Assembly: GCF_006345805.1 (NCBI RefSeq)
Contig: NC_043003.1
Coordinates: forward strand, 44,268,001 to 44,332,000
DNA from: Octopus sinensis
Taxonomy: Eukaryota
DNA length: 64,000 bases
Direction of reading: 5' to 3'
Under the pieces are notes generated by a model. It saw only the letters and a list, made by a program, of their open reading frames with translations, searched no databases and was not told the origin of the DNA. Position numbers and translations under genes: made by a program. Of this stretch, positions 27,283 to 41,100 are shown piece by piece. Numbering within the stretch: the stretch's first letter is position 1; the number at the start of each line of letters is the position of its first letter.

Positions 27283-29327
27283 AGTGTACATACACATACG
27301 TATGTTTGTATGTATGTATGTATGTATGTATGTAGGTAGGTAGGTAGGTAGGTATGTAAAAACAGGTAGGTAGGAAGGAAAGCAGGCAGTAGGTGACTAT
27401 TTATGTATGTTAAACTACCAAGACAATACTAAGTAAAGTTCTTAATATTTGTGAAAATGCTTTTTCTTGCATAATTATTTGATATGGCAAGCTCAGTAAT
27501 AATTATGGACCTGCTTTTTGAGGACTAGCGTATAGCCTATTAACAGGAACGACACATGTAATTCCTCCACACAAAAAAGGCATCAAACTAAGTATTATCA
27601 AAATGAACAGATTTACAATTAATTACAAATTAATGATATAAAAAAAACCGAAGACAGCTAGGGGCATGTGACCTTATATATATATATGTTGCACCTTCAT
27701 AATCCTTTTTACAATAGACATAAGGCATGAACTTTGGAGGATTGGGAAGAAAAGCAAAATCGACAACGGTGGTGTTTGAAATAGAAACTAATAACGGACG
27801 AATGTTACCTAAGTTTTTCCCCCGGTATGCTAAGTGTTCTTTGAATTCGTCATCTTATAATTTCTTCAAAATATTATAGAAGAATTGTAATGTGTTGAAA
27901 GAAATCATGGATCACAGATCTGTTCAGAATTATTCTGAAGTAAAGAAAAGAGCGTTGTAAATTGTTCGCCTCATCTTGCTCTACCGACGCTAAACAATTT
28001 AATATCACCTATAAGAGAAAATATTAAAAAAAAAACGTCTATCAACCTCACACCTACGTTAATAATGTTTTCAAACTCAGATACAATGTAAGAAATATAA
28101 AGTGTGTAGATACTCGATAACAATAACTTCAGTTCTTGGCTAGTTCTTCACACTATTGAACCTGGATATTTGATCAACAAATTCGGCTTCGGTAGGATTT
28201 TACCCGAAAGCATAAAATGAGCAAAATAAAATGTTCGTAATATAGTTGAAAGCTGAGCAATTTAGAGGATAGCTTAGGGTAGTTTATTTAATTTTGTTGA
28301 ATCCCTTATTTCAATAGAACTCTATTTTATAGACACCGAAGAGATAAAGAACTGGAGTCGAAATCATTAGACTTGAAACTGGAATGTAAATCGTAGTTAA
28401 ATACAAGAAGTCTCTGCGATGTCGGAGTCCACCGCTCTGAAAATACGCAAGAAATAGTGCAAGAAAAATTGCTTCTCAGACAAGTACAACTCCAGGAATT
28501 TATGGGGATATGATTATTCAATGAAATCTAACCGAGTACCAGAATTGTACCTTAATTTATAAAATCACGAAGAATGAAAAGACAAGTTAAGCTCAACAAG
28601 ATATTAGCTCTTATAGTATTATAAATAAACAGAGACACATACTAAAGCTCAATAGCTAGCATACTATTCACAATGTATCTTTTATTAAAATACCAACGTA
28701 TCTTTTATTACAATATTAACGTTACAACATATTCGGTAAATCATTTAAAAGTTTTACCGATCGAAATGGCAAGATACGCATGGTGAATTAAGTATTATCT
28801 AGAATATCAATTCCTTATCATCACTAACAACATAATGCAACAGCTACATTACTAGAAGTGCACGAGCATCGTTCATGCTCTATCACTCCACACACATCAT
28901 TAAAAGTATAACTAAATCCCCACCGTCACCTCCAATTACTGAAAATCATATTACAAATCAAGAATAAAAAGATATATATAGTTAATCCCGTGCAACAAAT
29001 ACCAGTGAAGCATAACGTAATAAAAACTATTATTGAGTTAAAGGATTCATAACGTAGAATAATTATAATGTAGTTAATTGTATTAAAACAGAAAAAATTA
29101 TGGTATCTATAATGTAATGTAGGATAATTTTTAAATATTCTTTAGATGATGGTGAATAATTTAAATCAGGCTTTGCTTCTGGTAAGCAAATTAAAGGCCT
29201 TACAGCGCAGTTTACACTAATGCCTGAAGGTAGTAGTTAAATGAAAGAATTGAATTAATAACTATTGAATTACTTTATGTATATACGTCTATAATTACAT
29301 ATATACATACACACATACAAACATACA

Positions 29328-29363
<36 letters not shown>

Positions 29364-30038
29364 ATAAAATTAATGACGTGAACGTATATTTTCAAACTGA
29401 GTTTAAGAAAAATGTTGCAGCCAATAGCTCGGGCCACTTTTATTCAGGTAATTTATTTTCGTTCAGTGCCTGGTGGTTGCCTTATAAGTGCCGTGTGTAA
29501 AAAAAAAATACCATTCGTAGCAGACGTTCTCTCGTCATAGTTCACACTCGCCTGACTCCTGCTCAGAAGTTACAGCATGAATTGTTATGCTTAATCGTAA
29601 AAAATTAAAATTAATTCAAATTCAATGATCGTTTGAAACAATAAATTTCTTTAGAGATCAGTATTTAAATTCTATATATATGAAAAGTTTCCGTTCTACA
29701 ATATTCTTAAAGGAACAAAAATATTATCCAGCAACTCAGGCTAATATGAACAAACATGGTAGGTGCAACATGCTAATGGGCATATCTGGTCAAGAGTACA
29801 AGGAACAGTCAGATTGCTAATGTATGTTATGCTCTCTGCTGTCCTAATTTGATTGCTGTTATACTGTGCGTTTGTGTGTAAATATCGGTTGTATTTTGCC
29901 GAGTTGCTTTATTTTTACCCCTAATTAGAAAAAGAAATAGCGCTATATATATTCAAACAATTAGCCATTTGCGGCTAGAAATAAAACGATAAAAGTGACA
30001 TTCTTCCACTGTCTTATGCAAATATATATATATATATA

Positions 30039-30225
30039 TCGTTTTTGAATTTGCTTTGCAAGATTCTTTATGTGAGTTCGTGTGTTGAAGCATATTCTGT
30101 TGTGCCTGGGGAGAGTCATTCTCTTTTAGTGCTTTACAATTTAACACACTCACTGGTAAAATTTCCACTTATTTCTTTTTTATTTTTCTAAAATTTTCGT
30201 TTCGTCCTGCAACATTTTCAATAGT
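30039..30225 (-). repeat. Unclassified interspersed repeat, copy 2
   Basis: Inverted homologue of 22961-23145. Confidence 0.85.
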
Positions 30226-31799
30226 TTTGACACTGTCTGTTATTCATACTGCGTTATTTTTGTTTGTGCGCATGTGTGGGGGTTTGTGTGTTTGTATATA
30301 TTATGCATGTACATGTATACATATTGATATCATACACATATACACATATATACATAGATATTTATTGAGGCTCACATATATCAAATCGGCAATAACTATT
30401 CCATTTTAATGTCTCACTAGTCGAGGAAGATTAAATACTTCAAATATTTACTTTTTAGTAAAATCAATAAAGAATTCCAATAAAATTTTATTGTTATCTC
30501 TCTTAGCTGCCTTATATTGATCAGCTCCTCCCCGTATCTCTCCTCTTAATCGAACACATGCAATTGTTTCCCTGTTTCACTCCTTTTAATATATTGTTGG
30601 GTGGGGCAGTGTTTCATATCTTATAGATGAACGTGTCAGATGTCCACTATATTTTCTAACCACGACAAGTTTGTAACCTAAACAATAATATTGTATATTA
30701 AAGAGAGCAATATTATCACAAGCGCGTTATGTTTAAAACGAGCAGGTAAATAATTCAATTCTCTTTTTGACAATAGATAATTTGATATGCAGAGAATATT
30801 AGTGTTTAGATCAATGTTAAGCCCAGTTATGAAAACTCGCGTATAAATATGTGCCACAAGTAACATATTCTGCGATTTTCTTCTAACATTATTCATTATT
30901 AGAATTGTTACTTGACTGCTATTTCTAGTAAACAATCCATTCATCGGAGTCTATTTTACGTTACTATCGCTACATTAAGATTACTACCGAAAATTCAGAT
31001 GGAAAATGTGGTATCGTAATTCATCATTGTCATTGATAAATTGTTTTTGGTGGTCGTTATATGTGTGTGTGTGCTGTTGTGTGTGCCGGTGAGTGCAATT
31101 TGTTGAAGTGAAAATAAATCCCATGCAATCTACGTCAATTTTATTCACATAACACACGAATATATGATTTGAATCAACGGGTTTCATATATCACGCGATT
31201 GAAACTATTTAATATATTTTTAATTATATTCATGGCAATGAAACAAAATTATTTACTGGATTATAGACTGAATATATTCAAATGCAGATATATTACGTGT
31301 GTGCGTCTATACGTGTGTGAGGAAATTGCATCGAGAGACTGTGTGGCTTTATTTGCATTTATTCACACGACTGGATACGAGAATATAGGAATTATCGTTA
31401 TATTTATTAACTTGCACAGACATTGGCTAATTTCCCTTTTAGCATTAGTGAGAGTTGAATAAAACGTTATATTTTGTAATTAGCGTTTGCAGAGGTCAAT
31501 AAAACAGGTCATATTCTTTGTATACATAAGTATATAAGGATAATAGGAGTACTTAGCAATTATAATTATTAGTTCAACCTGCTTTCAATTTGTGTTTATG
31601 CATACATAATTACGTATATGCATACAAATATGTGAACTTCCATGTGTATAGATATGTGCATGTGTGTGTGCATGTGTGTAATTATAATTTTCCTTCGAAA
31701 AACTTAGCGTAGAAGTGCTCAACTCGAATCCAATGCACTAAACAAGAATAATAGATACAACTGAAAAGTTCAAATCAGGCATACTACGATTAACACATA

Positions 31800-32450
31800 C
31801 ATATACAGGCTTAATTAGGATAAAGTAAGAATTGCCCAATGACTTCTGGGGTTGACTGGCGGTGTAATGTAGAGGAGTTAACTCCAAAGGGATAACAGGT
31901 GCGGTTATAAGGATTTAAGTGTCAGTAACTTAGAGGTTGTTGGCAGTTCATATTTATAAAGGGAGCCATATACAAGTATAAAGTATAAATCGAGTGTCGG
32001 TCCGATATAGCGTGCAGGGAGACTCGTTGCCGTAATTATATTTAGTTTTGAAGAGGGCAAAGAAAAAAGGTGTTGGAAGGGAAAATTGTGCGTGTAAGTA
32101 GCGTTGGTGGTTCTCGACTAAAAATAATTATAGGAATAAATAGGCTAGCGTGGGATGTTGAATATGTATATACTTATTGGTTTATAATGTGGGTTAGGAT
32201 TAGTGTAATGTAGAATATAGCGTTTAATTATTTATAATGTATGCTAGTTCAGTTAGCAAGAGGTTAAGGGGAGGTAACGCGCGAATAAGTAGGTCTGCTT
32301 GTAGGGTTAAGGCTAGGAGGTAGTGATGTATACAGGATTGAGCGTGTTTAATGAAACTTAGAAAATACATATTGGGCTATATGTAGACAAAAAGTAATTA
32401 ATTTCCATATCTCCTATTGAGTAGAGGCGGTTTAGCCATTAATATTTGTA
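31800..32450 (-). mobile_element. Possible old Penelope-like GIY-YIG relic
   Basis: SSKLNIITATSLPARYIGPT at ~31997-32055 resembles the GIY-YIG NVIY...YIGQT motif; the segment is strand-skewed. Confidence 0.35.
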
Positions 32451-33065
32451 GGCCTTCTGTTAAACAAAGATCACACTGCTCATTGGTAGTGATATAAGAT
32501 GAGGTGTTTTGCTAGGATATGTCGCGAAGGCATGCAAATAGAAGCTTGCCGAAAACCCTGTAAGAAAACCTCATGAGAAATAATTTACATTGAAGTCATA
32601 TATCCGACATTTCTTACCACAATCCTTCACCCCAATCTTCAACAAAAGGAATAGTTAAGTTCCCGGTAAGCGTCATCAAGTCCCATTTCCAATACCATTA
32701 ATTGCTTAAAACAATGCATTTTTTGATAAGAAGGGGTAAAATTAATTCATGCAAGATTTCAAAACTTTGGCATCATTCCTGCATAGAACACATAGCTTAA
32801 GCTTTGCAGTCAAACCTCGTCTTTTTTTGTGATTAGCAATCTTCAGGTAAATATTTATGTAATAGTAGCATTAACAAACAGATATTGAATTTCACATTTG
32901 ACAACTGCAGCGAAAGGACCAAATTTATCTGTTAAATCGTAATGGTTTGATGGAAGTAGTAACACAGTTGACATTGAATGCTCTTAAGCATAGAAAGAAA
33001 TTTCATATTAAAAATTCCTCCTGAATATTATTACAGTTTTGAGTGAAATCTAATTTAAATCAGTA

Positions 33066-33304
33066 TTCTTCTTGTTTCCCCTCTTCGCCTTTTTCTCTTC
33101 TTCTTCTTCTTCTTCTTCTCTTCTTCTTCTTCTTCTTCTTCTTCTTCTTTTTCTCTTTTTCTTTCTTCACCGTCACCCCATCTCCTCCTCTTCTTCTTCT
33201 CCTTCATCATCATCATCATCACCATCTTCTTCATCTTCTTCTTCTTCTTCTTCTTCTTCTTTTTCTTTTTCTTTCTTCACCGTCACCTCCTCCTCTTCTT
33301 CTCC

Positions 33305-33339
<35 letters not shown>

Positions 33340-33401
33340 TCATCTTTTTCTTCTTCTTCTTCTTCTTCTTCTTCTTCTTCTTCTTCTTCTTCTTCTTCTT
33401 C
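33066..33401. repeat. (CTT)n/(CAT)n pyrimidine-rich microsatellite with higher-order duplication
   Basis: Read directly; the block TTTTCTTTCTTCACCGTCACC occurs twice. Confidence 0.95.
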
Positions 33402-33923
33402 TATTCAATGAGGTTTAAGCTTCTTAATAACATTATCTTCTGTTACTCTTCTTCAAGCTTCATATACTCGGTGTCCTCGTGCCAATATTAGAATATGTTA
33501 ATACTTTTATAATTATTATTCATTTGCCATGTTTATAGATATATAGACTGCAACTCTATATACTTTGTGCTATACAATATTTGTATTGGTTTTGAAACTT
33601 TTTTTCTTTATTCTAATTGTCCTGCATAATATATGTGTGGAGAGTAGCAGTCATTTATTTCACTTTATTCGGCACGTTTGTAATTTGCATGTTTTCCGTT
33701 ATGTGTATATCTGCGCATTCTTTTCCATACTTCCGAGAAGATATATTATTATAGAGACTATTTAAGATTACATGCCCCACATTCGAGTTATTTTTATTTT
33801 CAGAAATATATTATTGCCCTATAGGTGCAATACGTCGATTAGGACACATTTTTCTTAGTGTTCCTTTGCATCAGTAACTAGAAGATTATCCATTAACTTA
33901 TTGTCTGAATATATTGGCCTTAC

Positions 33924-34278
33924 CCAGAATATGGGCGCTTTGACTTTTCCCGCGTCTGTTTATCAAAATGCCCATCATAATCGTTATCATCAACGTCGCC
34001 CCTGTGGTCTCGTCGTCATTATCATCCTCATCTAATGATAATGATCATCATCAACAGCAGCAGCCGTTCAAGGATTTGGACCTGGGGATCTCCATTTCCA
34101 GCGACTTCGAGAGCCACCTCTCTGTGGTGTCGGGCGTCAACGAAGAGCCCTCGACTACAACAAGACGACTATAGTATTTTTTTTACCAACGTCTGGGATC
34201 TCCCGCCCCAAAGCCCTAGACCATCACCTAATCACCCTTACCCGTCTTGTTGCTTAACAACAACCACGGCAGCAGCAA

Positions 34279-34280
<2 letters not shown>
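33924..34280. other. CpG-rich unique segment, candidate host exon or regulatory island
   Basis: GC and CpG content is far above background, with no TE motifs. A minus-strand donor GG|GTAAG sits at 33924/33923, and there is a short plus-strand ORF 33968..34174. Confidence 0.3.
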
Positions 34281-34314
<34 letters not shown>

Positions 34315-34714
34315 GGTTGTAGATTAGAAGAAAAGAAGAAGAAGAGAATAAGAGAAGAAGAAAGAAGAAGAAAAGAAGAAAAGAAGAAGAAGAAGAAGAA
34401 GAAGAAGAACAGAAGAAGAAGAAGAAGAAAAGACAGAAGAAGAAGAGAAGAAGAAGAAGAAGAGAGAAGAAGAAGAAGCAGGAGGGAAGAAAAGAGAAGA
34501 GAGGAAGAAGAAGAAAGAAAGAGAAGAAGAAGAAGAGAAGAAGGAGGAAGAAGAAGAGAAGAAGAAGAGGAGAAGAAGAAGAAGAAGAAGAAGAAAGAAG
34601 AAGAAAGAAGAAGAAGAAGAAAAGGAGAGGAGAAAGAAGAAGCGAAGAAGAAGAGAAGGAAAAGAAAGAAGAAACAGAAGAAGAAGAGGAGGAAAAGAAT
34701 AATAATAAGAAGAA
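34279..34714. repeat. (TAG)n then degenerate (GAA)n polypurine tract
   Basis: Read directly; ~370 bp almost entirely purine. Confidence 0.95.
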
Positions 34715-35400
34715 ACAGCAGCAGTAGTTTTGTTGGTAGAAGATGGAGGAGTATTATCTGGACTGTCTTTATTAGAATATGTTAGGACATGAATTATATT
34801 GATGTTTTACATTTTTTTTTCTCATCTCAAATTTCTACATACATTCGGTCAATATTTTCTCTGGAAAAAATCTAATCTGATTTCATCAAATAAACAAAGA
34901 ATTAATATGATCTTACTCCATTTGTCATTTAAATCCAACGACTTCCTCAATTTTCTTGTTTTCGTGGTTGTTGTTGTAGCAGTTATTATTATCATTACTA
35001 TTATTAGCATCATCATTATCATCATCATTATGATCACCATCATTATTCTTTATTTTCATTGTTGTTATTATTTGTATCATCGTTATTATTATTTTTTTTT
35101 TTATTTGAAATGCTTATATTTACGATCATTATATTATTTTATCAGTGCTGTGTTTTGCCTTGTTTTCCTTATCATCATCATCATCATTGTTCTAGCCATT
35201 AGCATCAGTGTCAACTTAATATTCAGCATCATACTTTCTGTTCGTCTCATCTTCAATCTACGAAATTATTATTTACAGTAAACGGCGAATCGAAAACAAG
35301 GTTAGGATATGCATAGAAATATGCATAAAATAAATAAGAAAAATTTTGATCGATAATATAAAACATGTCAACAAGGAAAATAGTAATTATGTTACCATCT

Positions 35401-35620
35401 AAGGCAGCGAGCTGGCAGAGACGTTAGCACGCCGGGTGGAATTCTTAGAGGTATTTCGCCTCTTAAATTCTGAGTTCAAATTCCGCTGAGGTAGACTGCT
35501 TTTCATCATTTCGGAGTCTATAAATTAAGCACCAGTTGCGTTTTGTAGTCGATCTAATCGACTGGCCTCCTCCCAACCAATATTTCGGTTCTTCTGCCTG
35601 GAGTAGTCAAGATTATTATT
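35401..35620 (+). mobile_element. SINE family B, full-length
   Basis: Head GGCAGCGAGCTGGCAGAGACGTTAG (A-box-like), GAGTTCAAATTCC (B-box-like), and an (ATT)n tail. Confidence 0.88.
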
Positions 35621-35630
35621 CTTAACTTTT

Positions 35631-35811
35631 AAGGCGGCGAAATGGCAGATACGTTTGCATGCCGGGCGAAATATTTAGTGGTATTTAGTCTCCCTTTAAG
35701 TTCTGAGTTCAAATTCCACCGAGGCCGACTTTGTCTTTCATATTTTCGGGGTCGGTCGATAAATTAAGTACCAAAATTCCGGACCTTCTTCCTAGATTAG
35801 AAAAGAATTAT
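35631..35811 (+). mobile_element. SINE family B, tandem second copy with internal deletion
   Basis: Same head and B-box, starting ~10 bp after the tail of the first copy. Confidence 0.88.
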
Positions 35812-35923
35812 GCTATTCTTTATAATGGCAATTAAATGGAAAAGGAACAGCGTCATACAAATTAACATTACAAAGCTTAAAAAGCAAACGGCACTGGCTG
35901 CCCGTTCTTTTCGACGATAGTCT

Positions 35924-36218
35924 ACTGGTTCCCAAAGCGGATGGTACTGCACCTCTGGAGGCGGTGGAAGGATCAAAGGGACGTTGAAGAAAAAATGGGG
36001 TTATAATGGGGGTGACCTAAATGGGGCAATAGATGAAGAAAAAAAATAAAATAACGGGTAACTTAGGTTAAGTTTTACTTGTGAAATATTGCTGTACTGA
36101 ATTTGCTGCAGAAAATGTTCTATGTTTGCAATGTTGAGTGGTGGAGGTGGGCACTACGAATAGGAATGTGGCCGTAGAACCAAAGGTACGGCAGCCTGAA
36201 AACGTTTGGTAATCACTG
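35924..36218. mobile_element. hAT (Charlie-like) MITE
   Basis: Imperfect TIRs CTGGTTCCCAAA and TTTGGTAATCACTG. GTCTA is adjacent to both ends and may be a partial TSD. Confidence 0.55.
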
Positions 36219-36848
36219 GTCTAATTCTTCCTGGAGTAAAATTTTGAGCGCGATGGGCATATGCCTTTAATTTTATCTTCTGGCAGAATCAACGTGACAT
36301 TGTGTGCTGCAAAAAAGTGCTCTTCGACTGCAATATTTAGTCCCTCAAGATACAATTGCACTATCAAGTTCTTTTCTGTCCAAAACACTTTTGTCTCTGG
36401 GGATGAAGTTTGCAAGCCAGGTATATTTGTATATGTCTTTATTCTTAAAATATAATTGTTTTTAAAGTTACTTATTGTTTTAGAATACTGTATACAAATT
36501 TAGGATACTGTATGTACTTCTTGCACGAAAAATATTACTTCGTTCAAAGTACATCAATCTCCGATCCTACCAGTAACATGCATCATCCTTACAGCGACAC
36601 ACAGCAGTAGGAATCGCCGAGCATTCTTTAGCAGCCGGCAACTGATGACAAGTAGCAAACCTACGTGATTCAAATTAACAAGTGATGGCTTACTATTCTC
36701 TCAATTACATCAATTGTATCCAGAGCTGAGGTGTAATTTCTCGCAATTAATTGATTCTGAGTTACACTGTTAACACAAATATTAGATTAAAAATGTTGAT
36801 CGCTCTTTCGTCCTAGTTGCACACATAGCATTTTATCTGTGTCTATTT

Positions 36849-36850
<2 letters not shown>

Positions 36851-36938
<88 letters not shown>

Positions 36939-36960
36939 GTCTATCTATACATCTATCTAT
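36851..36960. repeat. (CTAT)n microsatellite
   Basis: Read directly. Confidence 0.95.
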
Positions 36961-38718
36961 TTTTATTTATTTCTCTCCAGCCATGTAATTTCGAGGGGAA
37001 AGATAAATCAATTACGTCGACTGCAGAGGTCAGCTCGTATACGTTTATTGACCTCGAAAGTATGATAGATTACCTAAACTGAGAACTTAAAAAGCGGACA
37101 AAATGTCTAATTTACAAACCAAATTAAGGGCTAAGTGTATTAATAATTTGGATCTGAGGGAAGCTCTTTTATATGAATTGATTTACAATTTTAATGACTT
37201 TTATTCGAGCAATGTTCAGCAAACATTTCAATCTGGCGGAGTCACGTGAATCATATATAAATAATATTTTTTTCATATTGTCCGCAGTTAAGCATCTGAT
37301 TAAAAATGTTACCGAAAAATATATTCAATATAAATGGAGAAGGTTAAAAAGGAACACAACGTATATAAAATAGTCGCTGGTGTTGAACAAGCTGTTCAAT
37401 TGCGAACACAATCTATTTATTACAGCCTGAAAAGCTAAAACACAACCAATAAATATCCATATACTACTTCCAATATGAGGCAAAGATTACACTTATAGAA
37501 TTGACACTAAAACGGGTCTACGTTATTGTGAATCACTGCAACGACAATATTCCACTCACAATGATATATGTTGAGTTTTCTTATATAACAGACGAATGAA
37601 AATATTATAGAGGTGATAATCTCTTTGGAGAGATCTTATCTTCCTCTCATCAGCTGCGGACATAAAATTCGTCGTACATAACACACACACACACAATTGC
37701 AGATCTTATATTTCTGTCCGTAGTTGCTAAATCACAACGATGCTGAAACTCGTGTCGTACGGAACAATGATTTCACTCAAAACCCAGTTGTTTGCTCATC
37801 GCACTCACCTGCCTTTAAATAGAAATTTTGACCCCATTCAGTCATGGTGCGACGCATAAAATTATGCGCATCCACAATTTTCAATAATCGCTACATACAT
37901 ATATGCATACATGTATACATGTATATATGTGTGTGTATATGTACGTACGTATGTATGTATGTGCATATGTGTGTGTATCTATGTATCTATGCATGTATAT
38001 GTATCTATATGTAAGTATGTGTATGCGAGAGGGGGGGTGAAGAGGTCGTGTGTATATGGAATTGTGCGTAAACGGGTCAATTTTGTTATATATCCAATAA
38101 CGGGCACCAGTGTTCTTCCACTTATTATTTACTAATACCAGACAAAAAGTTAAGTAAATATTCGTTTGAAAAATTGATTACCTGTCGAATGCTTTGAACC
38201 AATCAATCAATCATTGGAATTCCTTGTTTGCCAGAGTTCTTTCGTTGGCGTTAACAGTTTGAAACTTGGCGTACCTTTGTTGTTACATATTTGTCACAAT
38301 GTTTCCAAACTTCGTCTACTGACATTCAGTGTTACTGAAATAGTGTGAATGAATGTGTTTATTTATATTTATTTTTTAGGTGTGTACGTACGTGTGGTAG
38401 TGTATGTATGCAGGTAAATGTGTGGTAGTATATGGCTGTCTCGGGCATTTGGGATTTCATATAATGTACGTGTGTTTGTTTGTTTGTATGCGTGTGTGTG
38501 TGCAACTGCGAGCGAATGAGTAAGTGCCAGTTGCCTGTCGATGTGTGCGTATAAGTCTGTTTCTTTCTTCTTTTGTAGTTTTAAATCGATCTAGAAATAC
38601 CACTGCGCTCATCAGTTATTCACATAAATGAGGTAAATAAAAAAAAATACACAGATATAAGGATTATCTTTTACAACTCAATTACAAACAGGTACACACA
38701 CACACACACATATACACA

Positions 38719-38934
38719 GTAGGGGTGTTGGAAAGTTCCTGGTTTTGAGTACAAGAAAATAAAGGAGAATCAGGTAATTATGGTTTTATTCAATATATGC
38801 GCCTCTCAAACTCACACATATATTGGAGCGGTCCTTCAGCTTTTGTTAGGTCTGTAAAAGAACTCGGAAGGTTGTGTTTCCGCTTAAACCTTTCGTGATA
38901 CACTCAAAGCCAGGAACTTTTCAGCACTCACTCG
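38719..38934 (-). mobile_element. Mariner deletion derivative (MITE)
   Basis: ~30-bp TIRs GGTGTTGGAAAGTTCCTGGTTTTGAGT and ACTCAAAGCCAGGAACTTTTCAGCAC. The interior keeps the transposase C-terminus KLKDRSNICVSLRGAYIE*. Confidence 0.85.
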
Positions 38935-38971
38935 TATATGTATGCATGCCTGTATATATATATACATATAT

Positions 38972-39040
<69 letters not shown>

Positions 39041-39466
39041 CAACTTATATACAAGGGCAAAAGAAAAAGAATCCTACCGCCAAATATGCCGGGACAAGAC
39101 ACATAGTCCATAACCATATGGTCTTCACTATAAGTACGCGTCTCGAAGAAACCTGACATTTTTTTTTTTTTAATTCTGTTATTACCATATCGGACCCGAT
39201 TTCAGAGTTAGTTCATAAGAACCTTCTCTTCGTCAGTAATACATGCGGCAAAGGAATAAATAAAATACTTACTTATACCAATGGAAGAAGCAAACACTAA
39301 GTCATGAGCACAATTAAGTACCCCAAATATATCCACAATAGAAATTCTCCAGCCCATTCGAGACATGTGTGATTCGAACTGAAAACTCTCAAAGAGTGAG
39401 AGAGTCCGGAAATCAACACTATTGAATTTACATGTAATATAGGATAAAATGTTTCGAAAAAAAGGT

Positions 39467-39531
<65 letters not shown>

Positions 39532-40489
39532 ATATACATATTCATATATACATATATATGTATATGTGGTGAGTGCGTTTGCATGTGTGTCGATTGTTTG
39601 CTACAAGCTTATCGTTCAGGAATAAAAGGTTTATCATTATTATTTCTTTTGTGTAACAATAGCAATATGTAATGCTGTTCACCTTAATGCTGCTCTCACA
39701 GTGGTACAATATAGCGGTAGAGTTGAACACGATAAAGCTATTCTGCTGTTGCTACCAACATAAATGGCATTTATTTGCAATTCTAATTTCCTCTTATGTT
39801 TCTTTATTTTATTCCGTTTTATCATAAATATAACTGCTGTAAAATTTTCCTTTAAGTATAGATTTTAAAGTGGGAGTAACGATAGAGATTCAAATTAAAT
39901 TTTTAATTCTGAGTAATTTCATTTTGTTCCCATCGCACTAACCTCACGTACTCAGCATTTCACCATTCTTTTCCAACATTTATAGTGACAAAATGCAATA
40001 CAGAATCAGATTAATCGATAGTCACCGTCTACACATATAGTCAGCTTCCATCATTATGCTTGCTACAAATGAAGCATTACTGCAAGAACGTGTTATATTT
40101 TCAATTTCTCCAGCGCTTCAATATTCGCATCTCTTCCAATTAATTCGCAGTAAATATTTAATGATTCAAGAAAAGTCTAAGACAATTTATGGATAATGGA
40201 AGAAATTAAATACTTGTAAACGTGTGAGAAAGTGAGTGAGTCCGCACCCGTTTGAGTGTGTGGGGGACCTGGTATTGTTTGTGTGTGTGCATACGATCAA
40301 TGATGCGTTTTTTATGTCAACTATAGGAAAATGCGCTGACATCCAAGCTATAAATGCTGTTTGCAAGTGGTATTTGGCGACATGTTTTGTAAGTAAATGA
40401 AGCCAAACTAATTTAGAAAAACGGAAGTTGTCTTTGAATAAAAATTTGTGTACATGTTTGGGATAATTCGGTGAATTATTTTGGAGGGA

Positions 40490-41100
40490 CCACAATGTTA
40501 GTCATGCCAACGCTGCATGGTCCTTATTTACTTTGGGTATCTTCTGGCCAATGTTGACCTTCTTTGAAGCTATGATATCGTGGGAATATCAATTATTATC
40601 CTTTATATGAACGCTGCACACATGATAGTCAATGTCATTTAAATTTACCAAAGTTGGAGTCCCAAATGTTGGTGGTACAAGAACATAATCGTTGTCTGAC
40701 CATTCTTAGATTACGTAGAAGTTGCACGAAGATACTGAGTCGTGATCAAACACCTATAGGCGTCTACTCCTTGCTCCAATCAGAGCTTAAGAACCGCCTC
40801 TATTACTTCATCATATCGAACAGCATAAGTTCTAATACTCTGTGAAAAGATGCAAGGAATCATGACACGACCTTCATTACTCACTACTCATAGAATCACC
40901 GAAGCTGCTGAATATTTAGAGAGCATTACTTTGGGCAAATCATAAGTATCTGCACGTAAACATATGATATTCCTGTCAAAACTATGGAAAGGGTCGAAAT
41001 CTTTACTCAACATTAACACGTTCTTGCTTCTTGAAGATCTCTAGTGATTGATTTTCCGAGATATTCATCGATGATGTTTTCAATATGCGGTCGGAACGTT
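40490..41100 (-). mobile_element. Possible old RTE-like RT relic
   Basis: Weak ordered remnants LSKDFD, TPIGV, LVNLNDID and AALA*LTLW. Confidence 0.3.

Noticed and set aside
32290-32325. Telomere-like TAGGG motifs
   Set aside because: No tandem (TTAGGG)n array; part of a strand-skewed TE relic.
32560-33050. Possible degraded transposase on the minus strand
   Set aside because: Coding-like texture, but no motif I can assign.
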